This document shows, in pieces, positions 1 through 13,100 of a stretch of 64,000 nt of DNA. Made by a program: the position numbers and the translations under genes. Source of the DNA: the human T2T-CHM13v2.0 reference genome, Homo sapiens. Every line of letters starts with the position of its first letter. Positions within the stretch are counted from its first letter, which is position 1. The notes below the pieces were generated by a model, which had not been told where the DNA came from, did not search any database, and worked only from the letters and a program-made list of their open reading frames with translations. The stretch lies in assembly GCF_009914755.1 (NCBI RefSeq), contig NC_060932.1; one strand, 5' to 3'.

Positions 1-1539
1 GGTTGATTTTCATCTGAATTAAACTGTGTTTATTTTCAGCTCCATGCTTGTATGTTGGGGGAAGGGCATGTGTGTGTGTGGGCATGTGTGTATGTGAGAT
101 TCAGAATCAATTCCTACTTTCTCCATAGCATGATACCCATAGCAATTCATTCTTAACAGGGAAGATTACAATTGAGGTCAATCATCCCTTCAAATTTGCT
201 CATAAATACATTCATAGAATGACAATTTTGGATGAAAGGAAATATATAATAAATGAGAATAAAAAAGTATATTGACAATGTGCTTGAAACATTGAAAAAA
301 GAAAAGTCAGTCATTAAAGACTTTTAAAAAATTGCTTGATTAATAATGATTGAGTTTTTATATTTTATCCAGATTTATTAACTTTCATGATACAAAATAC
401 TCCTAAGTGATTTCAGAAACTACCAAATATATTTATCCCAAGTCATTCTAGTTTTAAAAATTAATAACTTTTGCATAAATGCTGGACTACAGAGTCCCTA
501 TGAACATTGCTCAATGGCTTTTACTATAATTGAAACATGAAAAGTTCCAATCAGTACATTTAATGGTGTTGGACTCTAAAGATTTCTATATGCAAAGAAG
601 TGTGAATTAAAAACAACTGTTAAAGTAATTACAATCTCCTTCAGTGAAACTTTATGGAGTCTCTTTCTGCTACTTCTAGTGAAGCTCCTCATTGGCATAC
701 TCTCACTATACAGGTTTTTAATTAAATTATTCCTTGATTATGTTACCCCAATTCCATATTCCTTGTAGACCCAAATTCTTACCCAAAATCCTAGTTGTCA
801 TCTCACTAACACAACATGTTTCCTCTTGTCATGGTCCTGTCTTCCTAGCCAAACTGAAGCTGAGCAGCCCTCAGGTCCTGTGTTATCTTGGGAACTGCAT
901 CGCTTCTTGAGCTCTCTTTTCTGAGATCACAAATGTCAATTTTCGAAGCAGCTATTTTAATGCTTCACAAATTTACATCTTATACAAAAATGTGTGTGTA
1001 CAGTAGTGTTGCGGTAAGGAAGACATGAATTACATGGAAACATATCTCCCCAGGCTAATAAAACAACAGTGTCACTAGCTCACGTTTCTGAACATCTTCA
1101 AATTTTTTCTCAAGCAAATGATGCAATCATTATTTTTAAATATTTGCATTGAATATTGACGTCGTTTCTCTAGTCTTATCTGTTCTTGAGGCTCGGGATC
1201 TGTGCTCTGCTTTTTGCTGAGCTGGTTCTAGGTTTGTATTGATTTATTCATTCCCTTCAGAGTTTCCTTGGAATTTTGTCTTTCACCCTTGGACTCCTAT
1301 TAACTCTCTTTTCCCAATTATCATGAATGATGTTCCTGTCTACCTATGATCCTTCAGGGATCTGAATTCAAGGGAAACTGGTATAACTTAATGTTGTCCA
1401 TTAGTTTCTTTGAATTTCTTCATCTTCTCTCATCTTTCTTCAGAAGAATTCAGACTAATATGTATTTTTAATTTATTCTAATGAAATATCTCTTATAGAA
1501 TTTACTTAGCATTAACCATGATTCAAGCACTGCAATAAA

Positions 1540-1705
1540 TTCTTTGGTAGATATAATTATTCTCCCTTTTGTATGAAGAAACCAAGACTTAGAAATTGAA
1601 TAATATTTCAAAGTTCATGTAGGTATTAAGGGTTGGAAATAATATGTAAACCTAGGCGTGTGTAATTTTACAACTCAGCTCAAACCACTTATTATATGGC
1701 TTCTC
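1540..1705 (-). mobile_element. MIR SINE fragment
   Basis: ATTATTCTCCCTTTTGTATGAAGAAACCAAGACTTAGAAATTGAATAATATTTCAAAGTTCATGTAGGTATTAAG resembles the reverse complement of the MIR core. Confidence 0.7.
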
Positions 1706-2269
1706 ATTTTTAGAGATTCTTAATGTTGGAATCGAGAATACTCTAAAAGTGTGATATGTAGCTCTTCCCTGGGAAAATATATTATTTTTTATCATATAAA
1801 CCATAGTAATTTAATAATACAAACCACAGTAACTTTTATCAAATGAGTAAAAAGAGAATTATACTTTTCTATAATTAAATATTTAGTTAAATATGTATAT
1901 ACTAGTAGGGATATAGCTTCTACATACTGCTTGTCTCCTATCCTCTGGTTTTTGTTTTTCTTTTTAACTTAGGGAGGAGCTGGGCTTATGGTGGATATTG
2001 GATATTTGATACAGATACAATCATACTTTTAAAAAATTTTCTTATTGCTTTGTTAGATATTTTAATATAACTATTTTCTATTTTTTACATAAGCATTTTA
2101 AAGTTATTCATAATAGCTGTATAACATTCAACCATGTGGATAAACCAAATTCAATTAAAAATTGTTCATATCCTATGTTTAATACGATTCTAATTTTTAT
2201 ATGTTAAAATATTCCTGTGTTTTTCCTTATAAGTAATGAATTCATTAAGTATCCTTTTTAGAAACTTTT

Positions 2270-2918
2270 AATTTTATAATATTTTTTAATAGAAAAGTTG
2301 AGAAGGTTCGATATATATCTAGTATATCTAGTATCTCTATCTAGTATATAGAGATATACCTAGTATATCTATACTAGATATACAGAAAGTTTCTGTATGT
2401 CTAACATTCAAATCAATTTTGATACATTGTTATTAAGTAAAGTCCATAATCTATTAAGATTTCCTTAGTTTGTACTCAGTGTCTTTTCTTGTTCTAGGGC
2501 CCCATCCAGGATTCTGCATTTGATTTAGTTACCGTGACTTCCAGGTTCCTCTTGGTGGCACCACTTTCTCACATATCCCTTATTTTTAATGACCTTGACA
2601 GTTTTGAGGAATACTGATCAAGAAATTTGTAAAGTGTTCCTCTGTTAGGATTTATCTGTTTTTCCATTTCAGACTGGGGTTATGGGTTATGGGTTTTTGA
2701 ATAGGTGAAGCTTGATTTTCATCCATCCTACGAAGGGTATACACCATCAACATGACTGATCTCTGTTGATACTGACCTTGACCACCTGGCTGAGGTAATG
2801 TTTGCTAAGATTCTGTGCTGCAAAGTTACTCTTTCCTCTCCTTTTCTATATTGTATTCTTTGACAGAGGTCACTATGTGCAGCCTACACTTCAGGAGTGG
2901 GAAATCATGCTATACCTA
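2270..2918 (-). mobile_element. L1MC4-like LINE-1 3' UTR fragment (left part, interrupted by an LTR)
   Basis: Characteristic motifs GACCTTGACAGTTTTGAGGAATACTG, GACCTTGACCACCTGGCTGAGGTA and GTCACTATGTGCAGCCTACACTT. Confidence 0.75.
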
Positions 2919-3876
2919 TGATAGCAACAGGAGACAGAGAAATTCTAGGTAGACAGTGGCAGGTCCCTGGCAAAGCCCCACCTTCAAGCTGAAAAGCCTC
3001 ACACCATGGCCCAAAGTGAGAACTGACATCCCTGTTTTCCTGCTTGAATGTTGCCTTTTCCAAAACCACTCATGGCCCTGTCTCACCACTCCCATCCTGT
3101 GCCTATAAAAACCCCATATTCAACTGGCAGGGAGGAGAAACAGCTGGCAGTAAGAGAGAAGCAGCTTGATTTCAGAGGGACAGCTTGACGGTGTAACTTC
3201 AAGGAAGAATGTGGCTGGAGACGACCAGACTTCAGGAGAAGATTACCTTCCCGTCCTGTCCCCTTTTCAGCTCTCCTTGCTGCTGAGAGCCACTTTTATT
3301 GGCAATAAAATCACTGCATTTACCATTTTTCAATTCATTCATGTGAACTCGTTTCTCCTGGATGCCAGACAAGAGCTTGGGAGCCACGAGTACAGATGCA
3401 AAAGGCTGTCACACTTGCCTTTTGCCCTTGCTGGCAGAAGGCAACCGCTCGCTGCACATGAAAAGGTAGAAGGCCCACTGAGTTGTTAATATTTAAGCCA
3501 TATTCAGATGGCCGAGCTAAAAGAGTACTTTAACATGCCCTATGGCACTTCAGGGATCATGGGCACCCCCCAAGTTGCTGCCGCAAGGCCCACACGGAGT
3601 TTGCTCCTACCAGCACCCAGAAGTTCTCGCCCTGGCTCCTGCACCTGTTCATGTGTGTGCTCCCCCTTACAAGGGGTGGAATGCAGCGGGTCTGAGTGAG
3701 TGGAGTTTGCCCCTGCCTCACCAAAGCAATCAGCTGGTTCCAGCATGCATGCACTCTAGTTCCCACCTCATTTGCTTACATGCTCCCTCCCAAGAGGAGT
3801 TGAAAGCTGTGGGCTGGGTAAACGAGGCACCCCTGTTGTGAGTCCTGTGAAGAGGTCAGGGAAATATCCTGCTTCA
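2919..3876 (+). mobile_element. Solo ERV1 LTR of the LTR1/LTR27/LTR28 (HUERS-P) group
   Basis: TG...CA termini; 4-bp TSD CCTA at 2915-2918 and 3877-3880; TATAAAA at 3104; AATAAA at 3304; 5' end TGATAGCAACAGGAGACAGAGAAATTCTAGG is typical of this group. Confidence 0.88.
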
Positions 3877-3880
3877 CCTA

Positions 3881-4121
3881 TTTGAGGGCAGAATATATAC
3901 ATAAATTGTTTTGAATCCTCTGCACTGGAGATGTGCCTCTTCTCCCCCACTTCTGTATTTATTCAATCATTATTTATATCACTATGTACTCACAGCCTTT
4001 TATGTTATAGTTTTAGTTATGATCTAAACGTATTTTATTTATGTTGTTTGATCAGATTGTCCCAGGTTTGTCCATTGGGAGCTCTTCCAGTTGATTCCTG
4101 CGTCTCTTTGGCATAGTTCCA

Positions 4122-4167
<46 letters not shown>

Positions 4168-4257
4168 TTTGTGTGTGCACATGCAGGCATGTGTTTGAGC
4201 ATTTTCTTTTCTTTCTGTCACTGTGGGATGCTTCAAGCTTATCTTGTATATTCCCTG
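3881..4257 (-). mobile_element. L1MC4-like fragment (continuation after the LTR)
   Basis: Consensus-like sequence resumes right after the TSD: TTGAGGGCAGAATATATACATAAATTGTTTTGAATCCTCTGCA...GTCCATTGGGAGCTCTTCCAGTTG. Confidence 0.7.
4124..4165. repeat. (GT)21 microsatellite
   Basis: Perfect dinucleotide run seen directly. Confidence 0.97.
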
Positions 4258-6941
4258 AAACAGAAAGTAATGTCATAAAGAAGAGATTGTAAAGAGCCCC
4301 TGCAGCTCAGGGCAGACTTTTCTGAAAATTGAAATTATCCCAGATAGCCACAGCTTTAGAAACTCTTCTAAAATGTTGCCTCTACTCTGTCCTCTGATAG
4401 GTCTGATGAACATAGGAGATTTTCACCTCCACTCTTACATTCTCACATTATACAGATTCTGGACTCTGCTGACAATGCCTTGAAAGTCAAAGACTTGTGG
4501 CAATAGAAGTATATTGAGGTGTGTTCTAATTTTAGGTGAATCAATACCCATTCTCTATTAATATGCCGCAGCGACCATTTGCTGAGTGATTCTCACATAA
4601 TTCATAGACTGCTGGGCTTCTAAGCTCCTTCTAGAAACAGGGTTTATGGCATCCCTATAGGCTGAGCAAGCACTTTGCTTCCTGTGTCTTTTACAGACCA
4701 AACCACTGGCTGTTGGGCATTTAAGTGCAGGAAATTTACACCAAGTACAGAGCAAAGTGGGTAATGAATGCTGTCTTTTAGCTCCCTTTGCCCACACCTT
4801 AACAGAAAAGGACAGTGAGAATTTTGCAAAATAAGAAGCTAGGCATGTCTCCAAGCAGGGGGCTGATGACCTGTGTTGTGTCTTCAGGCCAAGTGGCTAT
4901 GGGCAGTCCCTCTTTGGGTTTCTCCTACTCATGAAAGGGTTTGAAAAATGAACTGATGGATGTCAATTAATGAGTACTCAAAAGAAAGTAACATAATTCT
5001 TGAAGATAAAAGAACCATAATTTTGCCATTTCTTATATTGAAGGCATAAGGCAGGAAATTTATTTTCTTCTATTTTCTCCTCTCTACATTCCTTCTGATA
5101 TCCTGGGAAAGAATAGGTTTTGGAAAAGAAAAGAAGCTCTTTCACAAATGCTTTGGCTTCATTGCAATTCACATGTTTTGTCTTTGGGAAAAAGTTTTGA
5201 ACCGAATGACTATTAATATCACTTCAAACTCTAAGATTGGCAGTGCCCTCAAACATTTTTAAGAACGTAAGATATGTACAGTAAAATATATTAATAACTT
5301 AAACTTCAAATAGGAAACATGTAAAATAATCCATCAGTTGAAGCGTTAAAATTGCATTGCCTCTCCAACTTTAATAATTCTTCTCTCTCCTTCCCATTCT
5401 GCTTCTCTCCAGAGAGAGAGCTGTCATGCGGAGAATGAAAGAGAGCACCATGGGGTACAGCCAGACCTGTTGCATGCAGAACTAAGCCAGCTGAGGACAA
5501 GGAGGAAAGGGGCACAGAGGCGCATCTTCCTGAAACAATTGGTGTCCTCTTCTCTGCTGGATCTCTAACTGGAGAGGAGACAGGCAGAAAAGCCCTGTTT
5601 CTGGCTCCTGCTGAGACACTGACTGCCAGAGTAAATCTGCTGTCTTCAGGAGCAAGGTAGCACCACACACTGTGTCTACTTATTTCCTCAAATGCGTGAG
5701 TATTAGCACTATTCCCAATTGATACAGAAACTCAATTCTTAAGTTATTTACACATGAAAGTGAAAACTACCTGTTACATAAAATAATGAATCACAAATAA
5801 ATTCTATTTATTGTAAATTATCTAACTTAAAGACTACCTATAACATTTTAGTTTTAAGCTTGGTCATGAAGAATGCAGGCCTCATAAACCATTTAATGGG
5901 GGAATATTAATGGTTAAATCAAATTATTAGATATTTGAAGATTGCATTTTTTCTAATGAATAGACAAAAGTTTCATTTTTTATTTTATGTTAGTCAATGA
6001 AATATTTGACGTGCTTTTATGGCAGTGTCTTGGCAATCACTAAAGCCACTTAGCACAAGCCATCACCCCAATGCTCAGACTTCGAATTCTCTGGTGTGTT
6101 TCATTGACATTATACATATTCTGTATCAATCAGGACAACTGAACCATGCTGAGTACCTGGGCAAGTTGTTTGTGCCTTTGCTGACAAGATTGATTACCCG
6201 TGCAAAGCTTGAAATATTTAATTATCCATGATTAAATATAGCTCCCTTCTTTGGAATTTGCATGTTTATACCTTTTCAGAATTAAAAGAATGTGTATGTG
6301 TATATATAGCAACATCACAGAGTAGCATACTAACACAAGGAAACCCTATGGAATCCATATGAGTTATACATTTGACAGCAAACATTGAGTCCTCTATTTA
6401 GAAAAATTAATGTACAAATTATTCTATATTAAAAATGACACCTCTGTTTCAAAATATGGCTACTCCAATGACTGTATTTTTAGATGTTAATGTGGAAATA
6501 CCAAATTAAATCTATTATCTACTATTATCTATCTATTCTTCTAAAGTGGAAATACCAACTTCAATTTATTATCTATTATCATGCTAACCACAACTTAGAA
6601 TGTGGTTAGATAGCTATCATTTCATGATAGTTCCGTCAGTTTTATCAATAACAGAATGTTTTCTGCAAAAATTCAGCCACTTTAGTAATTCTAAAATTCT
6701 GGAAAGGTGCTAGAAACAAAATTTAAAATTATTATCAACTGGTAATATCATATGCTAATAATGGCATGAAAGACAAAAAAGTGCTCAGAGAAATGCAGGA
6801 TAAAATGTCGACTCTCCCTTAAAGTAGAACTTTAAATCAAACAAATTGACTTGTGTCTAATGCAATTCAGGGAACAACTCTGTTTAGAAATGTATAGTAT
6901 GTAGACAGAAGGCAGACTACCAAAGAGAAACAAATATTTGC

Positions 6942-6997
6942 TGTGTGTAGTGTGTGTGTGGGAGTGTGTGTGTGTGTGTGTGTGTGTATACACACAC
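6942..6997. repeat. Interrupted (TG)n followed by (CA)n
   Basis: Seen directly; ends ...GTGTGTGTATACACACAC. Confidence 0.9.
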
Positions 6998-7099
6998 TGC
7001 CTAACTTTGGCTTCTGCTTTCAAAATGTGTGCTTTGTAGCACTTCTCATAACATAGCAGGAAGGCACCATGAGGCAAAGGACAGAGCTGACCAACAGAG

Positions 7100-7250
7100 A
7101 TTATTGCTCCAGCTCTGACTTTCCCTAGGTCTCAGACTTTCTGTCACTCAGATAATATCATTGCACCTCGTCTTACCCACGTATCTAAGGGGAGTGTGTC
7201 ATGGCCGACTTATGCTCAGCTCATAGGATGTGGTGAAGATCAAAGTGCAT
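7100..7250 (+). mobile_element. Degenerate MIR fragment
   Basis: CCAGCTCTGACT...CTCATAGGATGTGGTGAAGATCAAA resembles the MIR core; weak match. Confidence 0.4.
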
Positions 7251-7599
7251 TTAACTTCTTTTTACTCATACATGTTTACTGTGCTCAGAGGTTATAAAAA
7301 ATTGGGTTGCAGGAGAGGGTTCACACTCCTATATATAATCTGAACCTGTACTTAGGAGTGTAATCATCAAATTAGAAGAAATACTGTGTTTGCCAGGACT
7401 GGTGGAGGGGATCATTATTACTAGTTAGGTAAAGAGGGAAGGTGAGTTTTCTCAGTGATGGGCGTGGAATGAGAATACACACCTGGAGATAAAGCTGTGC
7501 TGTATTATACCCAAACCTGGGTCTTCAAGCATCAGTCAGATTTGTTTTTAGTGGGATAAACTATTTATCACACTACAGATGTTATAATGATCATTAAGT

Positions 7600-8046
7600 T
7601 AGGTTCTTAATGCGGGGTCATCTGTGAACTTGGATAAGAAAAAAATATGTATGCCTTCAGCTTTAGTAACTTCTAATTGAAATTTAGTACTTTTTTCAAA
7701 TATGAATATAATTTTAAAACACAGTAGCTTTGGACATACCAAGAAAACTCATAAAATTTTAAATACTTTAACATTTATATACAGTTATTATGGATACATC
7801 AAATTTTTGTTTTGCTTATCACTATAATTATGGTATCTTAAAAAGTAAGTAGTCCTTATTAAATCATGGTACTTATTAATCCTTCATTGTTAGATCTCAA
7901 TGTGGTTAATAAAAGAAGCACTTTTGAAATTGAATTTCAATATAATTTGTTTCCTTTGTGATTATATATATTTTAATCGTTCTTCTGAGACAGGGATCAT
8001 AGGTACACACTGCCAAAGGAACATTGGCAAAGTTTAAGAGCCTTTG
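7600..8046. mobile_element. hAT-Charlie non-autonomous DNA transposon (Charlie4a/MER113-like)
   Basis: TIR-like ends AGGTTCTTAA... and ...TTAAGAGCCTTTG; internal GTGAACTTGGATAAGAAAAAAAT and TTTCAATATAATTTGTTTCCTTTGT. Confidence 0.7.
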
Positions 8047-8859
8047 TCCGTCCAGCATTTTCAGTGGCAGAGCAGAAAGTAGAGGCTGCCTTCCTATTTC
8101 AGCTTCTTGAAACTATGAGACTCCTGAGGAGATTATCCTAAAGTAGAGATGGTAACAGGATGGGAAAAGAAACGGCTGTACACAGCAGGGAGAAGACCTT
8201 GCTAACCGACTCTCCAGGTGGTGGGAAGGGCCTCTGGGGGCTCTGGCTCATGAGGTGCATGGAGAAGGGAGTCACCTGGGCAGTGGGCTCTCAGGATCAG
8301 TAAGGCTGATGAATACAGCTTGACATGCCACAAAGTAGCCTGCAACTTCAAAGAACTGTGTGGACTTGGCCGTAAACAATGCCAGTGGTGACCATAATGG
8401 ATTAGAACCCATACCCTTGTGTTCTGAGCTCCTGCAAAACCCCCTAACTCCCCACTCAGATAAACTGTGCAACATTTACGAGGGACAGGTTGTTTAAAAA
8501 TGATTGCATCTGAAATTACAGAAATCTGTTGGCATGAAATCTGATTTATTTTGATGTAGAGAAAATGAAGTCATTTCTCCTACATTCAAGTTTCTGAAGA
8601 ATACATCATGTTGGTTACCTTACTTATTATTTTATTAGAACATTAACATTTTTATTATAATCACTTTATGAAACGTAGTGAATATTATTTCAAATCCTGA
8701 ATATTGGGAGGAATGTTGAAGCTTAATTTTTTAATAGCTTTTGTAAACTATACTCTGATTTGGAAGACATATTTTGGACTATTTCATACCAGATGCAGAC
8801 ATTTTTAAATGAATAATAATAACCTTTAAATATGATTATATGAAAATCAACTTTAATCT

Positions 8860-9860
8860 TTCATTAACGAATATTTATAATGTGTGTACTATGGAATGTA
8901 CTGGACATTGTTAGAGGCATCAAAATTACAGCCATGGACAAGAGGCACAGGTACTAATTATAATTTGAAGAAGATAGGCAGATGAATGATCACAATAATT
9001 TTAGTTGAAGATGATGAATGTTATGAAGGGAGATGATGAGTACCATATAATAGAGACTGGTGAGTGGCTGGTGGGCTATTTTTGCTGAGCAGTGAGGAAA
9101 GTCTCTCTGAAGAACTGGCATTTCTTCTAAGACATCAATGTTGAGTAGAAGCTAGTCACACAGAAGCCAGAGACTCTGGGATGCAGAGGCTCCTGGGAAT
9201 TAGTGAAAATTAACTGGGGCAGAAAGAACGCATGGGTTCCTGAACCTATGGCTAAGAACAAACTGAGTGGAGATGCAGCCTTAGCCAAAAGCTTAGCTTT
9301 CCCATGTGGAATAGAATGCTTTAAGGGAAGTGGTTCCATTTTATAAAGACCATTTTAGATGCTACTTTCCAGAATGGGTGACGGAAACAAGATTGGATGC
9401 AGAGAGAATGGTAGGTGGAAGTGCTTCAAGTTCAAGACAACAAAGGCTTGAGCCATGGTAGTGACAAATGGAGAAGGAAGACTGGATTATTTAGATCTAT
9501 ATTTTGTAGTTTGCTCTTATAGGGTTTGATGAAAACAATGACTTAGGAGACAGCAAGAGCCATCATATAATTTAGTTCCAAACCACAATCCTTTTAAAGT
9601 AAAATGAGGTAATTATTACTGAGCCAGGACTAGAAGTATAAATCAGGGGATGTATTTAGAATAGATTTAAGGAAAGAGAAGAACCAAGACTGAGGTAGAG
9701 GTTTTGGCTTCATTAACTACGCAGATGTTGGTGTGTTCCTGGGGAGAACCACAAAAGGCCACAGTAGGACAAGTTTGGGAGAAGAAATCAACTGCTCCCT
9801 AGTAGATGTTAGATCTGAGAAACCTATAGATTTGTAGTTGTTGTTTTGTTGTTTTTAAAT
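8860..9860 (-). mobile_element. L2 (L2a-like) LINE fragment
   Basis: Starts TTCATTAACGAATATTTATAATGTGTGTACTATG...GGACATTGTTAGAGGCA (L2 3' end, reverse complement), followed by a purine-rich L2 body. Confidence 0.75.
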
Positions 9861-10154
9861 CGCTGGGACCTAAGTAAGGAGTTACAGTTTAAATGCATTT
9901 AAGAGAAAAACATGTATTGCCAAATTTTTCAATAATTTTGCTGATTGATTTTCTAGAATAATTTGGTAGTATTTTATAATTTTGCATTCCAAATTTGCTG
10001 AAAAATCAGTGAACCAATTTATTTTATAAGAAGTTTTGTTAAGAAGCTGAAGTTCTCATTAAATATGTCAAAACATATTGCCTTTACACTATTGTATATT
10101 ACACAGAATTACTGTATAATTTTGCTTACATAGACTTGGCTCACCATTTGAAAA

Positions 10155-13100
10155 TTACAATAACGGAAAGGTTTCAATTCAACAAGAAGACTTAACTATC
10201 CTAAATATATATGTACCCAACATCAGAGCATGCACACTCATAAAACATGTACTTCAAGACCTACAAAAAGACTTAGACAGTCATATAATAATAGTAGGGT
10301 ACTTGAACACCCCTCTGACAGTATTAGACAGATAGGGGAAAAAAAAAAAAAAACAACTAACTATGATACTCTGGACTTAAATTTGACACTTGACCAGTTA
10401 GATCTAATGGGCATACTCTACCCATCAACTACAGAATATATATTCTTCTCATCTACACATGAAACATCTAAGATTGACTCATGCTTAGCCATAAAGCAAG
10501 TCTCAAAAATTCAAAATATCAAAATCATACCAACGTACACCCAAGTAAAATAAAAATATAAATCAATACCAAGAATATCTCTCAAAACCACGTAATTATA
10601 GGAAAATTAAACAACTGGCTTCTGAATGACTTTAGGATAAACAAGTAAATTAAGGTAGAAATAAAAAATTATTTGAAATAAATGAAAACAGATACAGAGC
10701 ATACCAAAATATCTGGGATACAGCAAAAACAGTGTTAAGAGGAAAATTTATTTCATGAAATGCCTACATGAAGTAGGTAGAAAGATCTCAAATCAACAAC
10801 CTACCATCATACCTAAAAAACACAGAAAAACAAGAACAAACTAACTTCAAAGCTATCAGAAGAAAAAATTAGCCAACATCAAAGCAGAACTGAATGAGAC
10901 TGAGACCCAGGAATCCATACAAAAGATCAGTGAACCAAAAGTTAGTTTTTGGAATGGTAAACAAGATCAACAGACCACTAGCTAGATTAACAAATAAAAA
11001 ATGAAAGATGATCAAAATAAGCACAATCAGAAATGACAATGGTGACATTACAATTGATCCCACAGAAATATTAAAGATCCTCAGAGACTAGTATGAACAT
11101 CTGTATGCACACAAAGTAGAAAATCTAGAGGAAATAAATAAATTTTTGCAAAGACAGAACCTCCCAAGATTGAATCGGGAAGAAACAAATATCAAATACC
11201 ATAATTGAATCTGTAAAAAAACGCCAACAAAAAAGGCCCTGGAACAGATGAATTCACAGACAAATTCCACCAAATGTACAAAGAACTGATACCAATTCTA
11301 CTGAAACTCTTCAAAAAACTGAGAAGGAAGGACTCCTCCCTAACTCATTTTATTAAGCCAACATCACCCTGATACCCAAATCTGGCAAGAACACAACAGA
11401 AAAAGAAAACTACAGGCTAATATCCCTACTGAACATAGACACAAAAATCCTCAACCATTATTAGCTAACTGAATTCAGTAGCTAATTAGTTAACTAATTA
11501 ACTAATTAATTTAAAAGTTAATTAAAAAATTAATTCACTACGATAAAGTAAACTTTATTTCTGGATGCAAGGTTGGTTCAATATATGCAAATTAATAAAT
11601 ATGATTCACCACAACAGAATTCAAAAGAAAAACCATATGATCATCTCAATAAATGAAGAAAAGTTATTTAATAAAATACAGTATTTCTTTGTGATAAAAA
11701 CTCTCAACAAACCAGACGTCGAAGGCACATACCTCAAAATAATAAGAGTCATCTATGGCAGACACACAGTCAACATCATACTGAATAGGCAAAATTTGAA
11801 ATGATTCTTCTTGAAAACTGAAACAAGATAAGGATGCCCACTTTCTCTGCTACTATTCAACATGGTACTTGAAATTCTAGCCAGAGAAATTAGGAAAAAG
11901 AAAGAAATAAAAGGCATCCAGATAGGAAAATAGGAAGTCAAAGTAACTCTCTTTGTAGACAATAAGATTCCATACCTCGAAAATCCTAAAAACTACACCA
12001 AAACCTCCCAGAAATGATAAATGATTTCAGTCATGTTTCAGAATACAAAATCACTGTACAAAAATACCAATATAGAAATGCACCAACAACATGCAATCTG
12101 AGAGCCAAATCAAGAATAAAATCTCATTTACAATAGCCTCATACACACAAAAATAAAATACGTAGGAATACCGTTAATCAAGGATGTAAAAAATCTCTAC
12201 AAGAAGAATTAAAAAACACTGTGGAAAAAATCAGAGATAACACAAACAAATGGAAAAAATATTCCATGCTTTTGGATTGGAAGAATTAATATTATTAAAA
12301 TGGCTATACTGCCAAAAGGCATCTATAGACTCAACACTATTCCAGTCAAACTGCCAACTACATTTTTCATAGAATTAGAAAGTTATTGTAAAATTAATAT
12401 AGAACCAAAAAAGAGCCCAAATAGCCAAAGAAATCCTAAGCAAAAGAACAAAGCTACAGATTCAACAATATTCCTATCAAACTATGAATATCATTTATCA
12501 TAGAATTAGTAAAAAGTATTCTGGCTGGGTGCGGTGGCTCATGCCTGTAATCCCAGCACTTCAGGAGGCTGAGGCGGCCAGATCATCTGAGGTCAGGAAT
12601 TTGAGACCAGCCTGGCCAACATGGTGAAACCCCATCTCTAATAAAAATACAAAAATTAGCTGGGCATGGTGGCATGTGCCCGTAGTTCCCGCTGCTCAGG
12701 AGGCTGAGGCAGGAGAATCACTTGAACTCGGGAGGTGGAGGTTGCAGTGAGTCGAGATGGTGCCGTTGCACTGCGGCCTGGGCGACAGAGCAAGACTCCA
12801 TCTCAAAAAAAAAGTTATTCTAAAATTAATATAAAAAAGAAAAAAGAGCCTGAATAGCCAAAGAAATCCTAATCAAAAAGAACAAAGCTGGAGGCATCAC
12901 GTTACCTGACTTCAAACTATACCCCAAGGCTATGGTAGACAAAGCAGCATGGTATTGGTACAAAAACAGACACATAGATTAATGGAACAGAATAGAGAAC
13001 CCAGAAATAAAGCCAAACACCTGAAACCATCTGATCTTCAACAAAGTTAATAAAAAAAAAGCAATGGAGAAAGGACTCCCTATTCAATAAATGATGCCAG

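Noticed and set aside
3166-3950. Cluster of 60-107-aa ORFs
   Set aside because: They lie within or overlap the GC-richer LTR, occur on both strands and show no recognisable protein
5306-5668. 120-aa minus-strand ORF
   Set aside because: Non-ATG start, no recognisable domain, and it runs through the antisense of a polypyrimidine tract
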